Below are positions 12,732 through 23,505 of a stretch of 64,000 nt of DNA, piece after piece (position 1 is the stretch's first letter; every line of letters begins with the position of its first letter). Origin of the DNA: Eutreptiella sp. 'Long Island Sound 2002' (Eukaryota > Protista > Euglenida); contig OZ038378.1 in NCBI GenBank assembly GCA_964036045.1, positions 176,204,001 through 176,268,000 on the forward strand, given 5' to 3'. The notes below the pieces were generated by a model. It was not told where the DNA came from. It was given only the letters and a program-made list of their open reading frames with translations, and did not search any database. Made by a program: the position numbers and the translations under genes.

Positions 12732-15623
12732 GTTCCGGTGCTGTGGCGGCCCTAGGGCCATGTAGCCATTAGCCATTGCATCGTCCTCTTCCCTTTGCAG
12801 ACCATGGCATGGCAAGGGATGCATAGCCACAAACCACACACTTCCATGTGCGTTCCCGATATGGCAAGAGCCATGCCTCGTCTTTGTCCAGGAGGCCATG
12901 CTACGGCAAGGGTCATGGGGCAATTGCCCTGTCTTGTCCGCTCGGAGCAGGGGTTGGTCCAGAGTCTCCTGCCGCAGGCCCGGGCATGAGCATCTGAGTC
13001 TCATTCCCCAACCGAACTTCAAATGGTTTCGGATGGGGGCTCAGGCATTCCTCGTCGGCGGACCCAACACCTGAGGCCCTTGGGCTACATCAAAAAGCGC
13101 TTCCGTCCACGCCCGCTCCCCGATCGATGTGCACCTGCCAGAAATTGGCCAGAAATGGGCCAGAAATCCCAACCGCCTTCCCAACCGCGGATAATCCCTT
13201 TTCCAACCAGTTTTGAAACCCACGTTTAGCCCCCCTCCTTCTCAAGCACATCCCTGCGCCCTGGGGCTGGCCGGTGATTTGCGATTCTGGACTGGGGGAC
13301 GCTGGTGACCTACGGACGTGCCGCCTGGCACCTCCGGTGTCACGCGCTTGGTTGTGTTTTGTGGGGGCGTGCCCCCGGACTGTGTGTGGCCGACGCTTGG
13401 CTGTGCAGCGTTTCTGCTGCTCTCCGTTCATCCGCCTTGATTGTTTCTGTGCTGACCGCACTTGCGGGTGCTGCGGGCGTCGGTTGTGCATCAGGAAACG
13501 AAGGGGGGATCGGGTCGGGTTGCGTCACGGCCTCCACTGGCGCTTTGGTGGCCCGTTCTTGAGGCCCACCGGGCTGATGACCGCCGCCTGCCCCCGCGCA
13601 GCGAGCGGGAGATGCGGCCCGTGCCTGTGTGTACGCCCCGGGGCCACACAGGCCCCCGTGTGGCCCCCGGGCGGTCGGTGGCTGAGGGCGAGACCCGTCA
13701 GGTCTCGTGCGGGGGGCCGGTCTGATTGTGACAGCGCAGTACGCCCCGGAACGTGGATCAGTGGCTGTTGCGGACGACAATACGCTGGCATCGGATGACA
13801 TTTCGTGGTAACGCACCAGCGCCCCCCGCCTCCCCCCCCTTGTTTTGCACGGGTGCACGAGGGAAAGACCCGGCGGCACCCTGCAAGAGGATGGCTCTCT
13901 CCACTCGGTCATGACGCGGACGCCCCCCTCCCCCAACTGTGGCCGTGCCCCCTCGGCGTGCGGGGGGGCGGGGCGGCAGGGAGTCTGCGTCATTGGACCT
14001 GCGGAGCCGTCCCCCCCTCCCGGGGGATCTCCCTTCCATAGGCAAAGTGTACTCACCCCTGACAGGGTACGGTAGGCAAAGTGTGGTAGCACGGCAGGCC
14101 GTGGTGGTTTGTGGAGGTTGCTGAAGATCACGCAAGGGCTTGGGATGTTGGGATGGTTGGTGAGGGTGGCACAGGGGTGTGGACGGTCGCATGCGCACTT
14201 GAACTATGGCACCGGCGATGGGGCCCGGGAACGCTGCAAAAGGCTGAGGGCGTGGGAAGATCACGTTGGATGCGACCCTTCGCAATGGTGCCTCCACTCC
14301 AATGCTTTGGGCCTTTAGTTGCTTTCAACGGGTGCAGGGAAGCCCGTGGGGGTTGGCGTCGTGCCCACCGGCGGGTGCGGCCGCCCCCAGACTGGGACTG
14401 GGCCATCATCATCGCTGGGGGTTGGGGGGTGGGGTGCTGCGCCGTGGCCGTGGACGGCGCGGGGTGTGTGTGATTGCGCTGATGTCTCTGATTTTCTTTG
14501 TGGTTGGCAAAATCAACTTCTCTGGTTTTCTTTGACTGGATGCGCCGCGAAATAGGGAATACCACGGAGGCAACTGACATGAGGAGCGGCGTGGGGTCCC
14601 TCGCGAGAGCTCCCCCCCCCATGTCCCGCCCACGGCACGACGTCTGTGGTGTAGCCCCCCCACCGATGTGCGGCATACATGTACATGACTGTACGTGTAT
14701 ACGTGTACTGTGTCTCTGCGCCCCAGCGCAGCCGCATGCTTCGCTCCAGCGCAGCCGCATGCTGCGCTCCAATGCAGCTGCATGCCGCACCCCTGTGCGG
14801 CCCCACGCCGCGCCCCTTGCGCAGCCCCACGCTCCGCCCATGCACAGCCCCCCGCTGCGTCCTGCGCAGTGCCACGCTGCACCCCTTAGCCCAGTCATTG
14901 GCTGCCGCGAGTCCCCATCAGAGCCATCACAAAGTGCACTGCCACACCCGATCGTAGCCATGTGGTCGCTGTTGCCATTTCTCTCGCTCCGTCCGACACA
15001 GGCCCACATGAGTCGGCTGTTTAGCGGGATGCCACTGCCGTGCCCATCCCATCCCACAACCTCTGACTCGCCGCATTTTCGCTCCCCCCCCTTCCCCCCT
15101 CTCCCCACATTCCCTCCAGTTTTCCGCCTCCATGGTCCCTGACCAGGGCCCCATCTACCACCGTATGCCTACTTCGCATCTATTTACACCCTTCTCCAAG
15201 ACACCGGCTGTGCAGTAATGCTAGCGCCCAACTTCCATACCCCTAGTCGCCCGGCTCCGAATGACACCGAAGATCGCGGATTCCGCGCCAAGGCGGTCAT
15301 GGGTTCGCACCTGAGGGTTGGATTGGATGAGTTGCAAACAAGCTCAGCCGTGTGCTGCCATGTCCTTGGGCATGGAACGTCAGCCGAAACCCCTTCACCC
15401 TTACATAGTCTGCTCACCCTATTCACACAATTCACCCTATTGGGATACTATGCGACTGTCAGACGTCAGCAGTGCAATGTGTTTGCGTTTGCCTCATGAC
15501 CGCACAGAGCGAACATGGCACACAGAACGTTGCAATGGAACGTTGCGACAAGAAACGGGGAGCTCCCACCGTTTCAGGGTTTTCTCGCAGACACGTCACT
15601 CTCATCTGCCCTTCATTATGCAG

Positions 15624-15824
15624 ATCGTCATATTCACGCTGGGCTTGGTATTGGGCATATTCTTGACGTACCTGATCCTCGTTGGGGCCTACGCTGTGGT
15701 GGCCGTGCAGCTGTGGCAGAATTTGCGCGTCGACGGCTTCATTATCAGAGAGCACACCAACTTCCAGGACTGGCTTCAGGCGGTCCACACGACGCACCTC
15801 CTTGCTCGCGACTTCTGGCCAGAG
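15624..15824 (+). CDS. Channel exon: repeat IV S5 and pore helix
   Basis: TGCAG|ATC acceptor. YAVVAVQLW...HTNFQDWLQAV (cf. YA..GMQ.F...NNF..F..A); donor GAG|GTCCTG. Confidence 0.85.
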
Positions 15825-16051
15825 GTCCTGCTCATCTGCAACCAGTCCCACTCCATCCATGTCCTGCTTCTGCCTGCTCCCATCTACTCTCCTCTTTCCT
15901 ACTCCTTGCCCCCCCCTCCCCCTCCCCATACCAGTCCTCATCATCCAATGCCCATCGCCATCACCATCACCATTGCCATCGCCATTCCCCCCCCCACTAT
16001 CTTTAGCATGAGGTCATCTACCAGGCAGGGGCACGCACACAGCAAAGGCGT

Positions 16052-16094
<43 letters not shown>

Positions 16095-16322
16095 AACTGA
16101 GCTTGACGGCGCGCTGAGGTTCTGATTTAGCAGAAGGGGCGGGTCACAGACACACAGCCGGCTGACTCTCACATCAGCGCAAATGTGGCAGCCGCGTCAC
16201 GGCTGCATATGGATGAACTTCATGGGGTGCTAGGGTTATTATTACCCTACTTACTTTGAAATGTGTGCTTTATGCTTCAAAAGAATAAAGAAAGTGATGA
16301 AATGTTAGTCCTAAATACTTGG

Positions 16323-17012
16323 CGGGGGGAAAATTGGCTTGCGCGGGGGGGGGGGGGTCGTGGGAGGCCCCCGAAGGAGGGGGGGGGGGGTCTGGCAATG
16401 GGGCTCCTGTGACAGAACCCTTGGTAAAGTACCAATCACCTCGAAGAGAGGTTGTTCGATCAAGCGCGGGACTGGGCGTTGTATACCCCCCCTTTTTTGG
16501 GGTCATTCACGTAGCATACCCCAAGGCATGGTGTAATAATTTGTAAGCAGAAGGCTCCAAGCAGTGGGGATGCACTATCAGCTGCAACAGCCCACGGTAG
16601 AATGGTAGCGCAGCCGGCTGCTGTTTTTGCGGTCGGCGGTTCGAATCCTGGTCAGTCGAATGCCATCGGCGGCGTCGCCAGCATGTGGACCGGACCGGGG
16701 TTCGAACCGCCGACCAAAAAATCCACCACCCGCTGCACTACCACTCAACCACTGCCTGTAATGGTGCATGTGGTCTCCCCACTGCTTGGATCCAAGTCTG
16801 CTACTGACGAAAACCCATTCTATGTGTTTCTCTCTAACCGGACATAAATACCACCACTGCTCCCCCCCCCCCCCCCCTCAATGGAAGTTCCACTTTATTT
16901 GCCACCATCTATGACCTTTTTCAAGGCCCCGTCACGGGAGCCAAGGAGGGGGGGGGGGTCCGGGAAAGGGGCTCCAACGACCCCCCCCCCCGCGCAAGCC
17001 AATTTTCCCCCA
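16323..17012. mobile_element. Long terminal-inverted-repeat (foldback/MITE-like) element
   Basis: GGGGGAAAATTGGCTTGCGCGGGGGGGGGGGTCGT at about 16325 is the reverse complement of ACGACCCCCCCCCCCGCGCAAGCCAATTTTCCCCC at about 16977-17011; the CTCC(T/C)GTGAC subterminal blocks also pair. Confidence 0.8.
16586..16760. mobile_element. Palindromic element whose two arms are tRNA-like units (A-box/B-box)
   Basis: + arm GGTAGAATGGTAGCGCAGC...GGTCGGCGGTTCGAATCC; - arm GGTTGAGTGGTAGTGCAGC...GGTCGGCGGTTCGAACCC. Confidence 0.75.
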
Positions 17013-18475
17013 CCCCTTCCCAAAGCATAGGGGGGTTTTGGCCCCCACAAGTACCCCACAAAAGACGTGGTTGGTGAGTTTTTCTTACCTCATAAATAAT
17101 ACACGGGCACAGATATGCCTGAGCAGACCGGCGGTGAGCCGTAGGCAGCCGGCAACAACGACCCCCACCCCTCCCCCACAACGTGCAGTGGGCGGGATCG
17201 AAGATGGTGGGGCAGCGCCGCCCCATGCAGACTCTGTGCGACGCGCACAAAGCTCCCGCATGCAAGCCCTGCGGGGGGCGCAGGGGGTTGCAGCATTGCT
17301 ACTCCTGGCACCATAAGGGACACCCTCGGCTGGCATCCATGGGAGGGGGTGCGAGACAGCACATGCAATTGGGATGGGAGGAGTATGTAGGGGGGGGGGG
17401 GCGACGTGGAGCCGGGGCCATGGGATGGCAAAAGGGTAAGAGGGAGGCGTTGGCATGGCGGGCGGGCCCGGCGGTTTCCACACCGCTGTAGTACTGTTGG
17501 GGGCATATCCTGCGTTACCTATTGCTCCAGTTGGCTCGGTGAAACGGGTCGGGCGGCACCTGCCACTGTCTATCTTTGTAGCACCCCCAGTTTTAGCAAC
17601 GGCAGTTGGGGGCATGTTGCCAGGCCGATATGATGTCTATTCCTGAGTCACATTTCTGCACCAGAAGACTGGCTCTCCCCCCGGTTCTGTTTCCGGTGCT
17701 GGAGCTAGCAGATCATGGTTTGTGTCCGGCAGGCATGGCCTGTCACGGCCTGTCAACTGTGCGTTCATATGACCAAGAGTATGGCGTTCATGATGACGTT
17801 GAGCGTGCAGCACTTCGTTCTGGGCATGCCGCCATTCCGGCACCTGCGGATTTGATGATTGTGTACCACTGTGCGCACATGCCGCCCAGGCCAGACCCTG
17901 CGTCACCCACCGTGAGGGGGAGAAGTTGGGAATTCAATGCAGTGATCACAGAGCTGCTTAGTGGTGCCACACAAAGGGGCAGCCCTCTCTCTTGCCCCAA
18001 CTCATCTCGTTGCTAGGGGCAGACCGTGCCTTCGTTGCAAGGCGGGTCAGTATCTGCTGCACGGGTTTGGGGCGTGGAAGAATCTGCTGGGCCATGGCCC
18101 ACATCAGCTAGCGAGGAGTTCCTCTTGCCCCTGGAGTGCTTCCATTGCACCGCAGGGCACGGGTGATTTGCTTTGGTGCTGACTGCCGAAGAGATGGGCA
18201 AGAGAACAAAACAGTAGCACGCACGTTGGTTTGCGAACACCATTGCTCTTATAGAGGAGAGGCTACAGCCCCGGCTCAACGTGCAAAGTGTGGTGGAGAA
18301 CCCCCTCTTTCTGCTATGGTTAAGGAGGAGGGACGTCACCCCCTTTGGTCAGAGAGAGAGAGCAAGTCAAGGCATTTCGCATGGTCAACCCCTTCCACCC
18401 GGCAGGGTGCCCAGAGGGTGCCCAGTAGCTGTGCTGGATAATGCATACCTCCCATCTGCATTGCTTTCTCTCCAG

Positions 18476-18916
18476 ATCCTCCTTGTCGTTGATGCGGAGC
18501 CGCCATTTTGCGTGGAGGGGATTGATTGTCCGCCTGCGTGGTCCACGTTCCTAGTGCCAATCCCATGCATGATCGGGTTTGCCGCCTTCGCTCTATTGGC
18601 CAGTTGCGTGATGGATTATCTGATGCTCTTGTCACTGGAACAAGAGCTCCCCAGTGGTCTGCCGACGGACCTCCTTTTCGGGTACCAGAAGGCATGGTCC
18701 AAGGTAGACGTGCATGCCACCGGCTACATCAACGCGAAGACGTTTGATTGTCTCTGGCGACTGACGACCATGTCGCTGCCCAAAGGCATTCAACATGCTG
18801 GCCTGACTGAGTTTCATCCTACGTTTACTCAAGCAGAACGCTTCAAATATCCTGTGGTACTCTGGCCGGTCACGCAAATGCCGGGTTCCCGCACAGGCTG
18901 CGTCCGATACATGGAC
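18476..18916 (+). CDS. Channel exon: repeat IV S6 and EF-hand-like proximal C-terminus
   Basis: TCCAG|ATC acceptor. Hydrophobic S6, then YQKAWSKVDVHATGYI (cf. F...W..FDP.ATG.I); donor GAC|GTATGT, phase 0. Confidence 0.8.
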
Positions 18917-18948
18917 GTATGTTCTCTCTGTGTGTGTATGTGTGTGTG

Positions 18949-18999
<51 letters not shown>

Positions 19000-19009
19000 C
19001 TGTGCGCCT

Positions 19010-20065
19010 ACCTGCGGATCTGTGCGCGTGGCGCCGAATGGCCACACAAGAAGCGCCGCTGGCGCAGCACAACAGCCTCATGGTCCATCAGCCAACACAG
19101 CTCACAACTGGACGGCGCTGCCCAATCGGCCTCCGAGAAATTCTGGGTCTCAACACAGCAACACCTGGAAGAAATGCTGAAGTTTGAGATCCTGAATAAC
19201 AATGTCCTATGGACGGGGGGACAGCTCTGGCAACGCACGGGTAGTATCCCCATCAGGGGGCCCTTCTCGGCGCAAAGCGCGGACCTGCACATCCTTTGGC
19301 AAGTTAAGCTGAATGGTAAACGCTTGCGGCGGTGGGGTAACCTTTCAATATTCGAGCGGGGCTTCCCTGTCTGGACAACAGGAACCACTTGGTTCTCCCT
19401 CGCACAATTCCGGGACAATGTCTTAATTGCCACGAACATCCCAAAGGGACCGGGACCACACTCATTCAGGAAATCTGTTGCCTGCTGTCCGATATTCGGG
19501 ATCTGCAAGTATTGCGTGACTCTATACCTCCCGGGTGCCCCACATGCACTGGGTCGTGTTTGTCAACGGGGGTTCGTGCCTTAGGGTTTTACCCTCCACG
19601 TCAGCGGGGGCACGGGCCTCAGCGCTGCAGGCGGACTGGTCTCTCCGGTATGCCCCCCCCAGTGATCCCCCCAAGCTGCTCCCCACCCCAGTACCCCTCC
19701 TGCAATTTCTCGGGCTCGTTGACCGCGGGCCTGCCGTGGTATATGTCTTGGGGCAGTCACGTTTTGAGCATTGTTGCTTGGGTCCAGCCGGCGTTGCTCT
19801 GCGGGTACAACCGCCACGTGGTGCTGCGCACGATGCACAAAGTGCGCCGTGTTGTCTGTGCTTCGCCGTGGGAAGCAGAGAATACGATGCCCGCCGTTTA
19901 TGTGGTGAGCCACCGCCTCATGGTCCCCAGGCCGCGTGCTATCCAACATGCCGTCTGGAGGGGTAACAGTTACACAGACAGAGTCCTGCCCAGCAGTTGT
20001 CAGCCTGAGAATTACACACCCCATTGGTGTAGCGCCCTCCCTATTCTTCCGTTCCTCTCTGCTTC
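19010..20065 (+). mobile_element. Decayed Penelope-like reverse transcriptase (core plus thumb)
   Basis: LEEMLKFEILNNNVLWTGGQLWQRTGSIPI.GPFSAQSADL (cf. NNYF.F.G..Y.Q..G..MG.PLS...ANL), QFRDNVLI at the YxDD position, and LLCGYNRHVVLRTMHK (cf. L..NGYP...I...I). Contains a stop and frameshifts. Confidence 0.7.
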
Positions 20066-20696
20066 GTAGACAGTGTGTGTGTGTGTGTGTGTGCGTGTCA
20101 AGCCCCAACACCCCCGCGCAAACTGTGCGGTTCATGTACTCCCTCCTCCCTCACCTCGCTATGCCTCACTGCTATCACCTAACGTTTTGCGCCGCCTGGA
20201 TACGTCGCCAGGCACACTGGGCGGGGGACAAGTACAGCAACTAGTTTCTCCCGCGTTCCCTGTCTCCGAATGGGATTTCAGGACATTGGTGCTCTGACTG
20301 GAACCTCCTACTCACCCATGCCACCACAGTGCGCCACCCTGACCACGTGTGTCCACAGTGGGAGGATGTGTGTGTCTGAGGAGGTGGGTACACGTGTCTC
20401 CAGAGATTTGCGCCGTCATGCGAGTGGACATGTAAGTAGCGCTGCAGGCAAATAGTCTCAACCTCACAACCCCAGGCTAATCAGGGCCAATCAACTAGAG
20501 GTGCCAGATGTGACCAGCAGTGCCTGTGATAATTGTGCTTCCTCAGGCTGTACTCTTGTTGCAGAAAGGACCTTGCCTACTTTTTGTCTTCAATGGCCTG
20601 ATGAGTTTGTTTTTGGTGATCAGTGCCGTGCCCGCGTACTCTCGCCCACGCTGATAGTGCGCTTCCGCGGTTTCGTCCTCTGATCCCCTTCACCAA

Positions 20697-20715
20697 GTGT
20701 GTGTGTGTCTGTGTG

Positions 20716-20782
<67 letters not shown>
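20697..20782 (+). repeat. (TG)n microsatellite; others at about 16060-16092 (CA), 18925-18995 (CT/TG) and 20072-20095 (TG)
   Basis: Direct reading. Confidence 0.98.
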
Positions 20783-22486
20783 TTGGGTGGAGGCACCCAA
20801 CACCGATGGTTGTAACACGACCTCTCGTAGATACATTTGCTTTGCATGCTTAGGGTAAACATGGGGGGCTGCTGCCTTCCCCCTTCCACTGTGGCACAGT
20901 TTTAATCCTTTGCAGGGCCCCGGAGGCCGAACAGTGTGCCATGTGTGTACTCACACCCTGCTTTTCATCTCAACACTTTATGGCCATTTTTCGATGTCAC
21001 TAAACGTAGGCTAAGGTTGCCGAGAGAATTACCAAGCTCAAACCAAGACTGCGTCCAGGTTTGCACACCTTGTGCCCTCAGTCCCATTACTACCTTACTA
21101 CTGCATCACATCCCATCAATGTCCCACTTCTTCACGCAGAACGAAAGACGACTAGGGCTGCCCTGCAGTGGAAGAGGATGAGCCTTGGACCCTTGGACCC
21201 TGTCCCAAAATGGCCTATTTTTGAGCTGTTTTAGATCTTTGAGGGGGCCAAAACGGATTACCACGGGCTCAAAGCGGGCTAGAACCAGGTGTTTTGGCAT
21301 CCCCACTGGTCTAGGTCTTTGGAAAAAAGCATTCTGGACCAGGGGAGCTTTTGGGGACCCGAATGATGGTTTTGACCTCTGATTTGCCGTAAGGTTAACA
21401 TGCTGGCCTACCCAGGGCAAAACAGATCTACAGCCCACACATGCAGGTGTGAGCAGCAAGCAGAACCAGCAGCACTCCACTCCCACACACACGCACAAGA
21501 TGGAACCACAAACAAGAACAAAGCAAGACAGCAGTTCAAGAAAACTCCTTCCTTCACCCCCCCCCCTTACCCCCAACCTGCCCCCCCCCCCCCCCCTGTC
21601 TTGGTATGGCCAACCCCTGGGACCCCGAAATGAGCACTTGGCCACAGCAGCAGCAAGGGCCGAGGAAACCCTCGAAAACCACCCACCACATCTGTACAAC
21701 AAGGTAAAGTAGAACACAAACAGACATAAACTTGCTGTCTCTAACTCTCCAAATGTGCATGATCTCTTGATATGTATGTGGCCATACATCCTTGAGGCTG
21801 ATAACAATACCCGCCCAAGGATTGTATTCAACCCATAGACCCCTGCGCCCATGGAGGGTGCCTCCGGCCACAGTTAGTTCGGGGGGGGGGGGGGGATAGC
21901 CCAGGAGCCCCCACTCCCCATGATGGGGGGGCCAATTGTCACATTCTAGACCCCCAATTGTAGAATCACCTCCACTCTTTAAGGTGCCTCGCCGTGGGCA
22001 ATGGAATTTCATGGGGATTTCAACTATGCCAAACAAAAATAACTGGAATCCTGAACCCACCCCCTCACCACCCCCTCTCACACCGTGCCTCACTCCGCGG
22101 GTCCTGTGCACACAGCCTGTCCGCTCACATGTGTGACACGACGTGAACGTGATGCGTGTAGTTGCACCGGGTGTCGCTGGCGGCCGGCCAGAGCCCCCGG
22201 TGCCCACAAGTCCCACCCGAGTTTCGACAGATGCTTCTGTGGGGAGGGCGCCGTGTCCGAATCGCACGTCCCTCATCCTCTTGTGTCGCGTCAACGGGGG
22301 GATGGGGCGCGGGGGCTCACCCCTCCCACCATCATCCTCTACACACAAAACGGCGGACGCCGACATCTGCCAACCGCTTGCCCAACCGCCAAACTGCCTC
22401 CTGCCTCATCGACGCTCAAGTTGGTTGCACGTCCCAGCGCCCCTGCAGTTGCAGCTGTTTTCCCTCAAGCCATCCCCTGCCTACAG

Positions 22487-23164
22487 GGGGTCGCCGCGCT
22501 CCTGTCCTCGGTCTGCGGCGTCGGATACATCGAACACCGGCTGCTGCAGAGAATGATCCACCCGACCTCCCAGATGCCCGTGGAGCCCTTCTTCACCGTC
22601 CATCACTGGAAGCTCACCCGGCTGTTGGAGGAACTGTGGAGCAAGGTGCTGCCCGTCCTCGTCTCCACACGGGTGAGCCGCGGGCAGTACCAGCGCGGGA
22701 AGCTCTCCGCCCGGTCGTGGGCGCAGCTCAAACAAACCGATGCAATTTTGTTGAGCGTGCGCGAGTCCGACCGGGTCGAGCGCACCGTCCTCGGCCTCAC
22801 AGAGCCTGCCCCGTCTCCGGCGTCCCCATGGCACTTCGGCACCGTTGAGTCAGAGACCTCCGAGGGCACGGCCGACACGTGGTTCACCCTCACGATGGAG
22901 GAGTCCGACGTCGGTTTGCAGGAGATGTTGACGCGGCGGAAGCTGCAGCGGCAGAAGGTGCGGCACGAGGCCAAACGGATCCGCCGGTCCGCGCGCGGCT
23001 GGGGCAGCCCGGGCACAGAGTCGGAGGACGAGGCCCTCGAGGCCGGCAGCACCGGCGCGTTCTCTTCGACGCACAGCGGGCCCACCGCGTCTGCCTCCTC
23101 CGCGGGGCTCAGCCATTCCTCCGCGAGCAGCAGCTGCCCCTCCTCCTGGGGCACGCAGGCCTAG
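22487..23164 (+). CDS. Channel terminal exon (distal C-terminus, Ser-rich tail, TAG stop)
   Basis: TACAG|GGG GTC continues YMD|GVAALLSSVCG in frame; GC3-rich codons; open frame to stop at 23162-23164. Confidence 0.7.
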   Translation, partial: GVAALLSSVCGVGYIEHRLLQRMIHPTSQMPVEPFFTVHHWKLTRLLEELWSKVLPVLVSTRVSRGQYQRGKLSARSWAQLKQTDAILLSVRESDRVERTVLGLTEPAPSPASPWHFGTVESETSEGTADTWFTLTMEESDVGLQEMLTRRKLQRQKVRHEAKRIRRSARGWGSPGTESEDEALEAGSTGAFSSTHSGPTASASSAGLSHSSASSSCPSSWGTQA

Positions 23165-23204
23165 GCCTACGCCGTGTCCCAGCCCTCCTCGCGCGGCCTC
23201 CGCG

Positions 23205-23505
23205 CGGTGGCGCCGTGTCAGTGGCCTGGTGAGCGGTGCAGCATCGGAAGGTCGCGGGTTCGAGACCCGGCCCCCACTGCGACCCGGCCCCCGCTGGACC
23301 AGCCACCCCGGAACGGGGACGTCCCCACCAGTCGTAGGCACGCCGTCCCTCGTACTCGGACTCCAGGCGGCGTCCTTCGGAGCGCCTTCTGTTCTGTGTT
23401 CTCTCCCCCGGGATCCCCCGCCCTCCCCTCCGCACCGTGTGCACTGCCGCGGATCGAACCGCTCGTGCAGGGAAGGCCGTGGCCGACCGGGCACTGGCGC
23501 AACCC
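23205..23505. repeat. Inverted pair of degenerate tRNA-like/SINE units just after the channel stop codon
   Basis: + strand B-box GGGTTCGAGACCC at about 23257 and - strand B-box GGTTCGATCC at about 23452-23461; both units begin CAGTG.CC.GG. Confidence 0.5.

Noticed and set aside
16586-16660. Functional tRNA gene
   Set aside because: A and B boxes are present, but I could not form a proper acceptor stem or anticodon arm; treated as a tRNA-derived repeat.
18917-19030. Non-conventional (non-AG) intron joining YMD to AYLRICARG
   Set aside because: The downstream frame is explained by the RT relic, and a canonical in-frame AG acceptor exists at 22486.
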